From positions 1 through 64,000 of the forward strand of contig CBDESZ010000012.1 of the NCBI GenBank assembly GCA_965242725.1: a stretch of 64,000 bases of DNA, written 5' to 3'. The notes beneath the pieces were generated by a model. The model was not told the DNA's origin and ran no database searches. It worked only from the letters and a program-made list of their open reading frames with translations. The stretch is from Alkalispirochaeta sp. (GTDB lineage: Bacteria; Spirochaetota; Spirochaetia; DSM-27196; Alkalispirochaetaceae). Positions within the stretch are counted from its first letter, which is position 1. Each line of letters starts with the position of its first letter. The translations under genes were made by a program, and so were the position numbers. Of this stretch, positions 28,155-38,873 are shown piece after piece.

Positions 28155-31127
28155 CTACACGCCCAGTTCGTACGTGGAGATCCCGTCTCCGGAAACGCTC
28201 TTTTCGAGTTCTTCCAGCCCGGACCGTCCGCCAAGTATCGCCACGTGCCCCCGGGAATAGCGTTCCAGGAGCAGCGCGGCAGCTTTCTGAATCTCTCCTG
28301 CCGTCACGTCCCGGAGTCGATCCCGCATCTCCTGTCGCAATTCGTCGGTGACGTCGTGGAGGCGACGACGAAAATCGACGAATCCCGCATCCCGGGGCGG
28401 AAGGGGCCGCAATTCACGACCAAGCATGCTTACCTTTGCCAGTGCGATCGCCTCATCGGGCAGCGGGTTGTCCGCCAGCTCCTGAAGAGCGGCCCTGAAG
28501 GCGTCCAGGGTCAGGGCGGAATGGGGATCGCGATAACTGGCAAAGGTGAAGTACCCTTCCGTACTCTTGCTGGAGGCAAATGCGCCGTAGGCGCCGCCGC
28601 GCATGCGGATCTTTTCCCAGAGGAGACCGGTGCGAAGGATATGGGCAAGTACATCCTGCGCCAGGGCGAGAGGCTCTCCGTGGAGAATCGCCGGAAAGGC
28701 CGTGGCGACATAGGCCACGGTGGATGATCCGAGGAGGTATTCCACCTTCGGCCGCCCGGTATCGGCGGCGGGAGTGATCCCGCGCCCGCCGCCGCCGTCG
28801 CGTCCGCTGTCGTTGCTATCTCCGTTCTCGCGCCCGGCGTCACTCCTGCTCGCCAGCACACCCCGGAGGCGCGGCAGCCACGCCTCGACCGCTTCGATAT
28901 CTGTCTCCGTACCGGTCACATTGACCGAGAGGTTCCGCGCGTCGGTGAGCACATGAAAGAGGCGGCGCATTTCGTCGCCCAACCCTTCATCACCGGAAAA
29001 GGCATCGAGGTATTCCACCTGGGTGACGCCGTTCATCTCCTCCTCAAGCCTCGCAAGGCCGTGGACGGCGGCTCCCGCCCGCAGACCCGCAAAGTAGTGC
29101 CCCCCGGGTATGAGGGAACTGCGCATCTCTTCCCGGAGCTCATCAATGATCTGCCCCAGACGGTGCCCGTCGGAGAAGTCAATTTCATCGATGATGCGCG
29201 TCAGCAGATCCAGCCCTTCCGCCAGATTCCGCTCCAGAACGCGCAGGCGAATGACAAAGAGCCGGCGCACCAGAGAAAGGTCGCCGAATCGCGTCTGCTG
29301 TCCGACGGAGGCGGAAATTCCTCCCGTCTTGAGGTTGATTTCATGGTTGAGGGCGTCAAAGGAGAGCCCCGGCAGCCCCACCTCGGTAAAGGCGGCACCG
29401 AGGAGATTCAGCAGCGACTCGTGGCGCGCCGAGAGTTCGCCAAAATCAAAGGCCAGCTCCAGATAGACAATGCCGTTGGTAAACTCGTGGTGGCGATAGA
29501 CGGGAACACCCTCCCGCTCCACAACCTCGCAGGGAATGGTACGGATTTCCCGGGGAATATCATCGAGCTGGAGAAAGGGAATCGCCGCGAGGGCGGCGGG
29601 GTCGTCAGGCTCTTCCTGCATCCGTGCCAGGGCGTCACTCTCCTCGGCGATGCGGCGTCGCGCATTATCGTCGAGAGACCGTTCCAGCGCCTCCAGTTCC
29701 CGCCGCTGTGCGTCTTCTTCCCGCGACCCTTGTTCCGGATCGGGGCGGATGATGACGGTGGTGCGGTGGGCGTTGTCGAGAAGGAGCTCGCCGATGAGGC
29801 GTTCAAAGTAGCCGGGCTCGCTCTGCAGACGAGAGCGCAACGCCGCGATATCGGCGTTGAAGTGAAGGGCGTCGGCGGGGCCGGCGCCGTACATCCACGT
29901 GCGCAGGACGCGGCGCATGACGCGCATGCCGTTGGGACCGCTCTTGAGCTCGCGGTTGTAAAACTCCACCCGCCGCAGCGCACCCTCAACGAGATCGCGA
30001 GGGATGCCTTCATCCCGCAGGCGGCGGAGGGTGTCAAAAATCACTGTTTCGATCTTCTCCGCCAGCTCGCCGTCGGTGCCCCGGAGGCCCGCGGAAAAGA
30101 CCGCGTCCTTCAGGTCGGCGTCGAGGCCGTAGAGGGGCGAGACGTCCTGTCCCAGTCCCGAGTCGATGAGTGCCTTGGTCAGAGGCGAACCGCTGTGGCC
30201 CATGAGGATCTCCGCCAGAACGGACGTCGCCAGAAGGCGGCGCTGTTCCGTTACGGGAAAGAGGAGCCAGTTCACCGTTACCGACGAGCGGCGGCTGAGA
30301 TCCTCCACGCCGTCCAGGGGATAGGTCCCTTCCACGGTCCGCGGTTTCTCCCAGCGCGGCTGGTCGTCGATGGGGGGAGCGCTCTCACCGGCGTCAAAGC
30401 GGGAGAGAAACTCCGTATGGAGAAACTCGAGGTACTCTTCCGTCGGAATGTTTCCGTAGAGGAGGATGCGCACATTTGCGGGGTGGTAGTAGCGGCGATG
30501 GAAATCGGTAAACCCTTCATAGGTCAACTGCGGAATCGCCGAGGGCTCGCCCCCCGAGTCAAAGCGATAGAGCGTATCGGGAAAGAGAGACTGAATGCAT
30601 TTCTCCGCCGCGATGGAATCGTGACTCGAGTAGTTTCCCTTCATCTCGTTAAACACGACGCCGGTCCGCTCCAGCGTGCCGTCCTCGCGGAACTGCAGGC
30701 GGTGTCCCTCCTGACGGAAGAGTTCCGGCCGGAGGAGGGGGAAGAAGACGGCGTCGCCGTAGACCTTCATCATGTTAAAGACGTCCTGCGCCACGGGGCT
30801 CGCCGCGGGATAGACCGTCTTGTCCGGATAGGTCATGGCGTTGAGAAAGGTATTCACCGACCCCTTCAACAGCTGCAGAAAGGGATCCTTCAGGGGAAAG
30901 CGCTCGGAGCCGCTCAGGACGGTATGTTCGAGAATGTGGGCCACCCCGGTGGAATCCTCCGGAAGGGTGGCAAAGGAAAAGGCAAACATGTTTTCCGGGT
31001 CAGCATTGCGGACGTGGAAAATGTGGGCGCCGCTCTGTTCGTGACGGAAAAGGACACCGTCGCCGTTGTAGTCGGGAAGGTCCCAACTGTCGAGTTTCTT
31101 GTACGCATCGTGTACGGAATGAGACAT
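28155..31127 (-). CDS. Insulinase family M16C metallopeptidase (presequence protease-like)
   Basis: TGVAHILEH (HxxEH), FLNAMTYPDKT, GVVFNEMKG, IRMRGGAYG and SYRDP motifs. Confidence 0.95.
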   Translation of the reverse strand: MSHSVHDAYKKLDSWDLPDYNGDGVLFRHEQSGAHIFHVRNADPENMFAFSFATLPEDSTGVAHILEHTVLSGSERFPLKDPFLQLLKGSVNTFLNAMTYPDKTVYPAASPVAQDVFNMMKVYGDAVFFPLLRPELFRQEGHRLQFREDGTLERTGVVFNEMKGNYSSHDSIAAEKCIQSLFPDTLYRFDSGGEPSAIPQLTYEGFTDFHRRYYHPANVRILLYGNIPTEEYLEFLHTEFLSRFDAGESAPPIDDQPRWEKPRTVEGTYPLDGVEDLSRRSSVTVNWLLFPVTEQRRLLATSVLAEILMGHSGSPLTKALIDSGLGQDVSPLYGLDADLKDAVFSAGLRGTDGELAEKIETVIFDTLRRLRDEGIPRDLVEGALRRVEFYNRELKSGPNGMRVMRRVLRTWMYGAGPADALHFNADIAALRSRLQSEPGYFERLIGELLLDNAHRTTVIIRPDPEQGSREEDAQRRELEALERSLDDNARRRIAEESDALARMQEEPDDPAALAAIPFLQLDDIPREIRTIPCEVVEREGVPVYRHHEFTNGIVYLELAFDFGELSARHESLLNLLGAAFTEVGLPGLSFDALNHEINLKTGGISASVGQQTRFGDLSLVRRLFVIRLRVLERNLAEGLDLLTRIIDEIDFSDGHRLGQIIDELREEMRSSLIPGGHYFAGLRAGAAVHGLARLEEEMNGVTQVEYLDAFSGDEGLGDEMRRLFHVLTDARNLSVNVTGTETDIEAVEAWLPRLRGVLASRSDAGRENGDSNDSGRDGGGGRGITPAADTGRPKVEYLLGSSTVAYVATAFPAILHGEPLALAQDVLAHILRTGLLWEKIRMRGGAYGAFASSKSTEGYFTFASYRDPHSALTLDAFRAALQELADNPLPDEAIALAKVSMLGRELRPLPPRDAGFVDFRRRLHDVTDELRQEMRDRLRDVTAGEIQKAAALLLERYSRGHVAILGGRSGLEELEKSVSGDGISTYELGV

Positions 31128-31140
31128 ACTATCCTTAAAT

Positions 31141-31704
31141 CTAATCGTTGACCCGTTCGACGTACTCGCCGGACTCGGTGTTCACCCGGATGCGGTCGCC
31201 GGACTTGATAAAAATGGGAACCTGCACGGAGAGCCCCGTCTCCACGACGACGGTCTTGGTCGCGCCGGTGACGGTGTCGCCCTTTACCGCGTCGGGAGCA
31301 TCGGTGACGGTGAACACCATCTTCATGGGAATCACCACATCAATCGGCTCCGCCTCCCACATGATAATGCGGTACTGATCGCCTTCCTTCAGGTAGGGTC
31401 CCTTCTCTCCCAGGACGGACGAAGAGATCTCAAACTGATCGTACGTCTCGATATCCATAAAGTGAAAGCTCTCACCGTCCACATAGAGGTACTGACCATC
31501 CCGGTCATAGACGTTTGCCTCTTCCACGTTATCGCTCGTCTTGATCGTCTCCTTCAGGACCGATCCGTTCTTGGCGTTCTTCAGCTTGCACCGGGTAAAG
31601 GCCGCGCCCTTCCCGGGATTTACGAATTCACGCTCCGCAACCAGATAGGGGTCACCCTTAAAGAGGATATACATCCCCTTCTCTATCGCTCCACCTTTAA
31701 TCAT
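31141..31704 (-). CDS. efp: Elongation factor P
   Basis: NPGKGAAF loop, KGDTVTG and VPIFI..GD motifs. Confidence 0.97.
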   Translation of the reverse strand: MIKGGAIEKGMYILFKGDPYLVAEREFVNPGKGAAFTRCKLKNAKNGSVLKETIKTSDNVEEANVYDRDGQYLYVDGESFHFMDIETYDQFEISSSVLGEKGPYLKEGDQYRIIMWEAEPIDVVIPMKMVFTVTDAPDAVKGDTVTGATKTVVVETGLSVQVPIFIKSGDRIRVNTESGEYVERVND

Positions 31705-31820
31705 CTATTCCTTCCTTTATCAAAATACTCATGTAATAGTTTCGCATGCCCCGTTGCGGCACACGAAATTACCAAAAATATCCGGCTAACGTCGTCTATT
31801 TTCGTAATAAGGGCGCCATC

Positions 31821-32744
31821 TTACCGTAAAAGGGTAAATGAAAGAACCCTCTCAATGTCCGTTACCCCAAGAAGATACATAACCAGGCGGTCCACGCCCA
31901 TGGCAACGCCGGACGAGCGCGGCAGCGGTTCTCCCGCGCCAAGGTACGCGCCTTCCACAGGGTGGTGAATACGACAGTTCCGCCGCTTCTCCGCCTCCTG
32001 AACGGCAAAGAAGGCGCCGATCCGCTCCGGAGAGGTCTCCTCGCCAAAGCAATTCGCAACCTCCATGCCTCCCATATAGAGCTCCCACCGGTCGGCCCAT
32101 ATCGTCCCGGGTATCGTCCGCGCCAGGGTGGGCACCGCCGCGGGATAGCGGGTCAGAAAGACCGGTTTATCCGCCGGCAGCTCCGGTTCCACCTGCGTCA
32201 GGAACATTCGCTGGAAATACTCATCTTTTTCAATAATTGAACCATCCGGTTCCGTCCGGTCTTCTTCAAGGATACGGGCAAGCTCCACCCCTGCGTAGCG
32301 GTCAAAGGCCTCCTCCATGGCGAGGATGAGGGGCTCCCCGGTGATGCCCAGCTCCCGCAGGAGCTCCACAGTGATCGCCAGTGAGTCGTCTCCGTCGGCG
32401 TCCACGGTATAGTACTCGAGCATGGTGAACTCCGGACAGTGCTGGGGACCCACGCTCTCGGCGTTGCGAAAACTGTGGGTGATCTCATAGAGGCTCCCGC
32501 TGCCGGCGGCGAGGAGTTTCTTGAGGTAATACTCCGGTGAAGGGAGCAAATAGAGGGGCACCGGCTCGGCGCCGCGATAGTCCGGCGGGAGGTAGCGCGT
32601 CTCAAAGAGCTCGATATGCGCCTCGGGAATGGGACGCTGTGCCAGCTGCGGCGTCTCCGCGGCGAGGTACCCACGTTCATCAAAAAAGGCCCGTACGCTC
32701 CGTACGATATCTGCGCGGCGGCGCAGCGCTTCCATATGGGTCAT
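31821..32744 (-). CDS. epmA: EF-P lysine ligase (GenX/EpmA)
   Basis: LysRS catalytic domain only (SPEYYLK, FRNAE, EFTMLEYY, GVAMGVDRL); adjacent to efp. Confidence 0.9.
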   Translation of the reverse strand: MTHMEALRRRADIVRSVRAFFDERGYLAAETPQLAQRPIPEAHIELFETRYLPPDYRGAEPVPLYLLPSPEYYLKKLLAAGSGSLYEITHSFRNAESVGPQHCPEFTMLEYYTVDADGDDSLAITVELLRELGITGEPLILAMEEAFDRYAGVELARILEEDRTEPDGSIIEKDEYFQRMFLTQVEPELPADKPVFLTRYPAAVPTLARTIPGTIWADRWELYMGGMEVANCFGEETSPERIGAFFAVQEAEKRRNCRIHHPVEGAYLGAGEPLPRSSGVAMGVDRLVMYLLGVTDIERVLSFTLLR

Positions 32745-32803
32745 AGACGGAATCTATGCGGTATTGGTTGGCAGGGTAAACCCGGGAGAGTATGCTGGTA
32801 TCC

Positions 32804-34144
32804 ATGAGCGACCAGGAAGATCGGGAATGGCAGAAACGTTTCGGCGAATCCTACATAGACTACGACCACCACGGCGAGACGCTGGAGGACCACCACCTGG
32901 ACCGGCTGGAGGCGGATTTTCACCGCGACAACCACCACACCACCCGTCTTCCCGGGCGCAGGTCCACCGGTTCCATCAAGTGGGACCTCGCCTCGCCAGA
33001 CGAAATTCCCCTCTGGGTCGCGGACATGGACTTTCCCGTTCCCTCGGCGGTGACGGCGGCCCTCTCCCGGAGGCTGGAACACCCCATATTCGGGTACAGC
33101 GTCGTCCCCGACGCCTACCCCGGGGCGGTGCAGGCGTGGCAGAAGGAGCGCAACGGCTGGGACTTCCCGACCCGGGACGTGGTGGTCGTTCCCAGCGTGA
33201 TGCAGGCGATTGCCGTCGTCATAGAGGAGTTTACCACTCCCGGGGAGCGCATCGGCGTCTTCTCGCCCGTGTACTTTCCCTTTTACGACGTGGTGGAGGA
33301 GCTTGGTCGCACCGTTGTCCGCATTCCGCTGATGATCGAAGAGACGGAGGGGGCGGACCCGCGGTACCGGTTTGATACGGAGGCGCTTCAGGAGACGGTG
33401 GGGAACCTTTCCATGATCCTCCTCTGTTCGCCCCACAATCCCGGCGGGCGCGTCTGGTCCGCAGGAGAGCTGAACGCGGTCCGGAAGATCGCGGGCGAGG
33501 CGGGTGTGCGGGTGGTCAGTGATGAAATACACGGCGATCTCGTCTTTCCGGACAGCACCTTTGTTCCGTGGCTGAAGGACGGCGGTGACTCGGGAGACAT
33601 CGCCCTTTTTGCGCCCAGCAAGACCTTCAACATTCCCGGACTGCCCACGGCGGTCGCCGTCGTCCACGACGAGGAGACACGGAAGCGCCTCAGGAATGCA
33701 CTTCATGCACGGATGCACAAGATTTCCAACCTCCTGACCATGGAAGGCGCCCTTGCGGCATATCGTCACGGCGCCCCGTGGCTTGACGGACTGCGCCCCC
33801 TCTTGCGGGAGCGTTACGGCGATGTCCTCAGGCGATGTTCCGCCCTTGAAGGAGTGCGCGTCTTTGCGATGGAAGGGACCTTTATCGCGTGGATAGACCT
33901 GCGGGAGCGGTGGGGACTCCCCCGGGACGCCCGCTTTCCTGCAGCCGAAGGGCGCGGCGCCGGGAAAGGGGTATCGACGCGCTTTACCGCCCACGCCCGG
34001 ACCCACGGCGTCTGGCTCTCCGACGGCTCCCACTTCGGCGGCGAGGGTGACGGCTTCATGCGTCTCAACTTCGCCACCTCTTCAGAACTCCTTGACGAGG
34101 GACTCACGCGCTTTGAACGGAGCGTCCGTACCTTTGAGCCGTGA
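32804..34144 (+). CDS. MalY/PatB-family PLP-dependent C-S lyase/aminotransferase
   Basis: PLWVADMDF, CSPHNPGG, SDEIHGDL and APSKTFN (PLP Lys) motifs. Confidence 0.92.
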   Translation: MSDQEDREWQKRFGESYIDYDHHGETLEDHHLDRLEADFHRDNHHTTRLPGRRSTGSIKWDLASPDEIPLWVADMDFPVPSAVTAALSRRLEHPIFGYSVVPDAYPGAVQAWQKERNGWDFPTRDVVVVPSVMQAIAVVIEEFTTPGERIGVFSPVYFPFYDVVEELGRTVVRIPLMIEETEGADPRYRFDTEALQETVGNLSMILLCSPHNPGGRVWSAGELNAVRKIAGEAGVRVVSDEIHGDLVFPDSTFVPWLKDGGDSGDIALFAPSKTFNIPGLPTAVAVVHDEETRKRLRNALHARMHKISNLLTMEGALAAYRHGAPWLDGLRPLLRERYGDVLRRCSALEGVRVFAMEGTFIAWIDLRERWGLPRDARFPAAEGRGAGKGVSTRFTAHARTHGVWLSDGSHFGGEGDGFMRLNFATSSELLDEGLTRFERSVRTFEP

Positions 34145-34169
34145 ATCCCGGACCGCCGCCGGTTCCGCG

Positions 34170-34883
34170 ATGCGGCGGGAGGTGGATGTTGCCGTTGTGA
34201 CGGCCCTCGCCGCGGAAATGCCGTCACGCCTTTCCGTCACAGGCCGCAGAGACGCGGCGGAAGGGGAGGTCGCCGTTATCCGCCTTACCGTGGATTCCCC
34301 CGGCGGGAAGGACGGGCGAGCGAAGACGGTGGCCTATACCGTCACCGGCGCGGGGAAGGTCTCTGCCGCGCTCGGCATGGAACGACTGTTGCGGACAGTA
34401 CGCCCCCGGGCAATCATCTGCGGCGGCATCGCCGGTTCCCTGCGGCTGGAGCTACCCCCGCTGACGGTAACCCTCGCGGAGAGAGTCTCTTATTACGACC
34501 GGGACGCGACGGCCGTCGGCTTTCCCCTCGGTGCGGTCGAGCCGGGGCAGCCTGCCGCGTACCACCTCCCCCGGGCACGGGAGCTTGCCGCGCTGATGGA
34601 CGTCCCGACGGTGCGGATCGCCACCGGCGACAGCGTGGTCACTCCGTCGCTGTTGGAGAACCTGCCGCCCCGGTGGCGGGAGCACCTTGAGAACGATGCG
34701 GAACTGGTGGATATGGAAAGTGCCGTGTGGGTCGAGGTTGCCCGCCGGTGGGGTGAAGAGCCGGTAATCTGCCGGACCGTCTACGATCTGGTGACCATGG
34801 CACCGGATGTGAAGAAGACGACCTTTCCTCTGGCGTGCCGCACTGCAGCGGACGCCCTCGAGCGGCTTATTGCCCTCGTTTGA
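34170..34883 (+). CDS. MTA/SAH nucleosidase-like protein (PNP_UDP_1 family)
   Basis: TGAGKVSAA, GGIAGSL, IATGD and DMESA motifs. Confidence 0.75.
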   Translation: MRREVDVAVVTALAAEMPSRLSVTGRRDAAEGEVAVIRLTVDSPGGKDGRAKTVAYTVTGAGKVSAALGMERLLRTVRPRAIICGGIAGSLRLELPPLTVTLAERVSYYDRDATAVGFPLGAVEPGQPAAYHLPRARELAALMDVPTVRIATGDSVVTPSLLENLPPRWREHLENDAELVDMESAVWVEVARRWGEEPVICRTVYDLVTMAPDVKKTTFPLACRTAADALERLIALV

Positions 34884-35484
34884 TGTCGACCGCCAGCTCC
34901 CGGGCAATCTCCGGCCACAGGCCGTCGCGATACCACGACGCCATCTCCCGCAGGAGTGCGGCGTAGAGGTTGAAGTACTCCTTTGCCGCCTGTTTGTCCG
35001 TCTCTTTCCGGGACCGGAGCTCGAGGAAGTCGGGATGCGCCGACACCCACTCTTTTACGCGACCGTGGGCCGCCTCGGGCCGCTCCACCCACCGGACAAG
35101 TTCTTCTTCACCCTGGATCAGGGACACCACGGGGATGTGGTCCGTTCCCTGCGCCACGTACCACCCTTTCAGGTCGGTGAATACGCTCTGCCTGAAGATG
35201 CGAATCTCCACCCCCGCCGACTCACACAATTTGGTCACATAGGGAAGGGTGACGGCGCTGTCGCCGCACCAGTCCTCGGTGACGACGACGGCGCGAACCG
35301 GCGCAGCTTCCGCGCCGGTTCCGCGATGCGCGAGGGCATCGGCAAGAAGATCCCTCTCGGCAGGGGCAACCGCCGCGGTATCCACGAGATCGAGCACCAT
35401 GTGACGATAGTTCTTCAATGAAGAAAAATAGTCGGCAGGGAGGAGACCATCGGACCAGACAGCGTCAATGCGGGGAAAAAACAT
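34867..35484 (-). CDS. Thioredoxin-like protein (single-Cys EDWCGDS motif)
   Basis: TEDWCGDS motif and cis-Pro HIPV. Confidence 0.8.
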   Translation of the reverse strand: MFFPRIDAVWSDGLLPADYFSSLKNYRHMVLDLVDTAAVAPAERDLLADALAHRGTGAEAAPVRAVVVTEDWCGDSAVTLPYVTKLCESAGVEIRIFRQSVFTDLKGWYVAQGTDHIPVVSLIQGEEELVRWVERPEAAHGRVKEWVSAHPDFLELRSRKETDKQAAKEYFNLYAALLREMASWYRDGLWPEIARELAVDIKRGQ

Positions 35485-35487
35485 CGA

Positions 35488-36371
35488 TCAGAACCTCCAC
35501 GTCGCGCCGGCCTGGAACGCCACGTAGGGTTCGCCGTCTGCGAGGTCGTAGTAGAGATGGTCCAGATAGCCGCCGACGATACCGATGAGGGTGATACCGG
35601 GGCCGGCGTCGCCAAAGAGGTCGGGGGCGTTCCAGATACCCATGAGGGAGAGGCGCTGCCACTCCGGATCGTCAAGGTTGACGGTCATGAGGGAGTAGTC
35701 CACGCCGACAAGGACCTGGCGGGGGCCGCGGGAGCGCGGTCCCGGGGTGTCCCACAAGACGGCGACGCTGTTTCCCACCTGCCAGTCGCCGTTTTCCTGG
35801 GCCACATCACCAAGGGGTTCGTAGAACCAGCCGGAATCGTCGTTTTTCTCAGTCATTTCAACGCGGCGGAAGGTCATCTGGTCAAAGGCGACGATGCCGC
35901 CGCCTGCGATTTTCAGGCGCGGGGATATTTCCGCCATCGTTCCCGCGCGGGTATAGCGGTCAAGGTCCGCCGACGGGCCGTAGTCCGCATCGGGACCGGA
36001 AATCGGCGTGTATCCGTTGCCCAGGGCGTCAAACATCTGACGAAAGACAAAGCGGGCGCGCACATCGGCAACGGCGATGGGCTCCACGTAGAGCTCCACA
36101 CCTACGTCGTCAAAGCGGGGGTGATACGGTTAATGACCCCGATTTCAACCTTGGCGGGATCCCACAATACGCCCTCGAGATTCCGGTACATCGGAACGGC
36201 AAGGGAAAGACGGCTGGAGAGACTCAGCCCCAGAGGGTGAACGCTCGTGCCAAACTGCTCGCTGTGAACGATGGAGCGCTCCTCCCAGTCAAAGGCGGAA
36301 AGGGACGCTACCGTGCCGACTACCAGAAAACCGACCGCCAGAAGGCGCATGAATGGGCGTAGTGTTTTCAT
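35488..36371 (-). CDS. Exported hypothetical protein, probable outer-membrane beta-barrel; frameshift at ~36112
   Basis: Signal peptide MKTLRPFMRLLAVGFLVVGTVASLSA. Adding one T (gct-ttt-gac) fuses it to ORF 35488..36099. Ends in AGATWRF, a terminal-Phe beta-signal-like end. Confidence 0.65.
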
Positions 36372-36528
36372 AACGCCATAACGGTACACCGGAGGTGCAA
36401 ATATGTCGAGTGAAGAGGGGCCGCGGCGGGGCGGGAAACGCGCCGCCGACGCGCGCCCCCCGTCGGGGACGCGCCCCCTCTCGGGGACGCGGCGCTCGGA
36501 CATGCTGCGGGCACCGTCCCGGCGCCGT

Positions 36529-36648
36529 CTACACGGTAAGCTCAATCGCCCGGTCCAGATTGAAACGGACAATCACAATGGTGATGAGCATAAACGCCGC
36601 CCCCAGTCCATAGAGACCGATAAGTATCGTGTTTGTATATTTTTTCAT
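36529..36648 (-). CDS. 39-aa single-TM small protein
   Basis: MKKYTNTILIGLYGLGAAFMLITIVIVRFNLDRAIELTV; ATGA overlap with the GntR stop; GGAGG RBS. Confidence 0.65.
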   Translation of the reverse strand: MKKYTNTILIGLYGLGAAFMLITIVIVRFNLDRAIELTV

Positions 36649-37022
36649 TCCGTTCCTCCTTTGCCGTCCTCCCACCGCCGTCGCGCCTGCGCGAACTCCT
36701 CGACGGTGTAGGGTAAATCGTCCATCAGTTCAAAGACCTCAGGCAGCACCTCCGTCTCAAGGTGGACGCGCCGGAGACGGCGCGACCGCTCCTGCGCACC
36801 GGGAGCGACAAAGTAGCCCACCCCCCGCTGATTGTAGATCAATTCCTCGTCCTGAAGGGTGCTGTAACTGCGCTGCACCGTGTTGGGGTTCACGCCCAGC
36901 TCCACCGCAAGCTCCCGAACGGCGGGGAGGCGCGCCTCTTCTCCCCACACACCCCGCAGAATCTGTATTTGAACGTACTCCACAATCTGCTGATAAATGG
37001 AACGTCCGTCGTCAAATCGCAT
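36645..37022 (-). CDS. GntR/YtrA-subfamily transcriptional regulator
   Basis: IYQQIV, RLPAVRELAVELGVNPNTVQRSY and RGVGYFV; short C-terminus. Confidence 0.93.
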   Translation of the reverse strand: MRFDDGRSIYQQIVEYVQIQILRGVWGEEARLPAVRELAVELGVNPNTVQRSYSTLQDEELIYNQRGVGYFVAPGAQERSRRLRRVHLETEVLPEVFELMDDLPYTVEEFAQARRRWEDGKGGTE

Positions 37023-37023
37023 A

Positions 37024-37835
37024 TCACGCCTCCGTTTCCCGAAGTCTGAGCACGGCGAGACTCCAGAAGATCAGGACAATGGCAATAGAGGCGGTGGTCT
37101 GAAGTGCTTCCGGATTCTGCAGGTACCACGGCGCGATCTCCTGCCACAAATATCCGTCCATATCCTCAAACATCAAGGGTCCTTCAAATTCGCCGAGACG
37201 ACGGGCACCGCTGTGGGGTACCTCTCCGGTGATATACCGATTAAAAATAATCCGGACCGACAGAACGGCAAGAAATACATAGCTCGCAATCCACAACACC
37301 ACCGACAGGAGCGTCTTGGCGACGGTGTTGCGCCTGAAGTAGACGGCACCGAAAAAGAAGATGCTGTGAACGGGGAGGTAATCCACAAAGGTCTCCCCGG
37401 TAATGATGATCCACCGACCACCGGAAAGCGCATCGGCAATGACCTGCCCCACCGACGTTCCGCCGCCGAGGATCAGGTAGACAACGACACCGAGAACGGT
37501 GGCGATGAGAAAAGCCAGCGTCGCCGCCAGCCACACAACGATGGTGGAAACGATGAGCTTCGCCCCCACCTTCTCCAGATCGTCGCAGGCCGCAACAGGT
37601 ATTCGATCCGCATACCCGGCGTGCGGAGTTCGGAAAAGACCCGGGAGGTAAAAAGGACGCCGAGCAGTATCATGACCGGACCGTACAGGGGCCAGAGGTT
37701 GATCACCTCCAGACCGCCCACCCAGCTGAGCATGCCGAAGAGGAGAATCGTTCCTGCCACCGCTCCGGCGCTGACGGCGATCATTCTGAGCTGCTGATAG
37801 ACTTCGTGTCTGAGAACGTGAATAAACCGTGTCAT
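37024..37835 (-). CDS. ABC-2 type permease, frameshift at ~37577
   Basis: MTRFIHVLRHE... plus TMs, then LLRPAT-IW-EKVGAKLI after adding one G; multi-TM. Confidence 0.75.
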
Positions 37836-38698
37836 GCCACACCTCCACAGAGCGCGGAAATATCCGCGGGATGGTCGATGGCCGCCTGGAAAAGGGAGTT
37901 CCACATCCATGTCGCCGGTAAGGTGTTCACCCGTACCGCCCCCGTTCTGCCGCGGCACGATCGCCACGGAGCTGCCCAGCCGCGTATCCATCGCCAGTGC
38001 ACCGGCTTCCATCGCATCGGCGGGGGAATCAAAACGGCGCATTTCAAGCGCCTTGACGATCGTGGCCATGTCGGCGGAGAAGACCACCGCCCCTGGTCGA
38101 GAACGACGATGGGATCGATGAGATTCTCCACGTCACGCACCTGATGGGTGGAAATAATGACCGCCCGCCGGTCGCCCGATGCTTCCGCGATGAGGCGACG
38201 GAAGACCTGCTTGGAGGGAATGTCGAGGACCGTTTGTCGGCTCGTCCAGGATGACCAGCTCCGCCATGCCCGCCAGGGCAAAGGAGAGGAGCACCTTCTT
38301 TTGCTGCCCGAAGGAAAGTTCCGTCAGCTTGTCGTTCCCGGTGATCTCAAACCGCTGGAGGTAGCGCTCCATGAGCTCATGGTCAAAGCGGGGATAGTAC
38401 GCGGCGTGATAGGCGACGTAGTCCCGCAGGGGAATGGGAGGGACCTCAAACTGCTCCGGAACGTAGGCGATCCGGGAGAGGACGGCGGGATCGCGCCGCG
38501 GGGCGGGTTTGCCAAAGAGATCCGCCACGCCCCCCTGGGCAAAGAGGAGGCCCGAGGCGATCTTGAGGAGGGAGGTCTTCCCCGCGCCGTTCTTCCCCAG
38601 CAGGCCGATCACCCCGCCGGGTTCGACGGAAAATGAGAGGTCCTCAAAAAGGGGCCTCCCCTTCGGTAGGCAAAGCTGATATTCCGCATATGCACCAT
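37832..38698 (-). CDS. ABC transporter ATP-binding protein (YtrB-like) with ~4 frameshifts
   Basis: GKNGAGKT, LSFGQQKK, LDEPTNG-LD and STHQVRD lie across frames; breaks near 38663, 38229, 38090 and 37893. Confidence 0.8.
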
Positions 38699-38715
38699 AT
38701 GTGTATCCTTTCATT

Positions 38716-38772
38716 AGTGTGTTAGTACCTTAGTACACTGATATAATAATCATACGACGCACCGCCTGTCAA
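38716..38772 (-). promoter_or_regulatory. Promoter TTGACA-18-TATTAT with downstream YtrA-type inverted-repeat operator AGTGT-N14-ACACT (38716-38739)
   Basis: Read from sequence; resembles the AGTGTA..TACACT operators of YtrA-family GntR regulators. Confidence 0.65.
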
Positions 38773-38873
38773 GAAAAGAGTAAAAAAAAGTCGGGGCTTT
38801 AAAACAAGGGTGTCCTGGGGGCGATCGTTCCGACCATTGATGCCTCAACGGCACTGACGCATAATTTGATTCG

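Noticed and set aside
28953..31151. 732-aa plus-strand ORF
   Set aside because: Antisense shadow of the M16 peptidase in GC-rich DNA; no motifs.
32741..34033. 430-aa minus-strand ORF
   Set aside because: Shadow of the PatB-like gene.
36445..36495. Short GC-rich tandem repeat (gacgcgcc..cgggg)
   Set aside because: Only ~2.5 units in an intergenic spacer; more likely a hairpin or terminator than an array.
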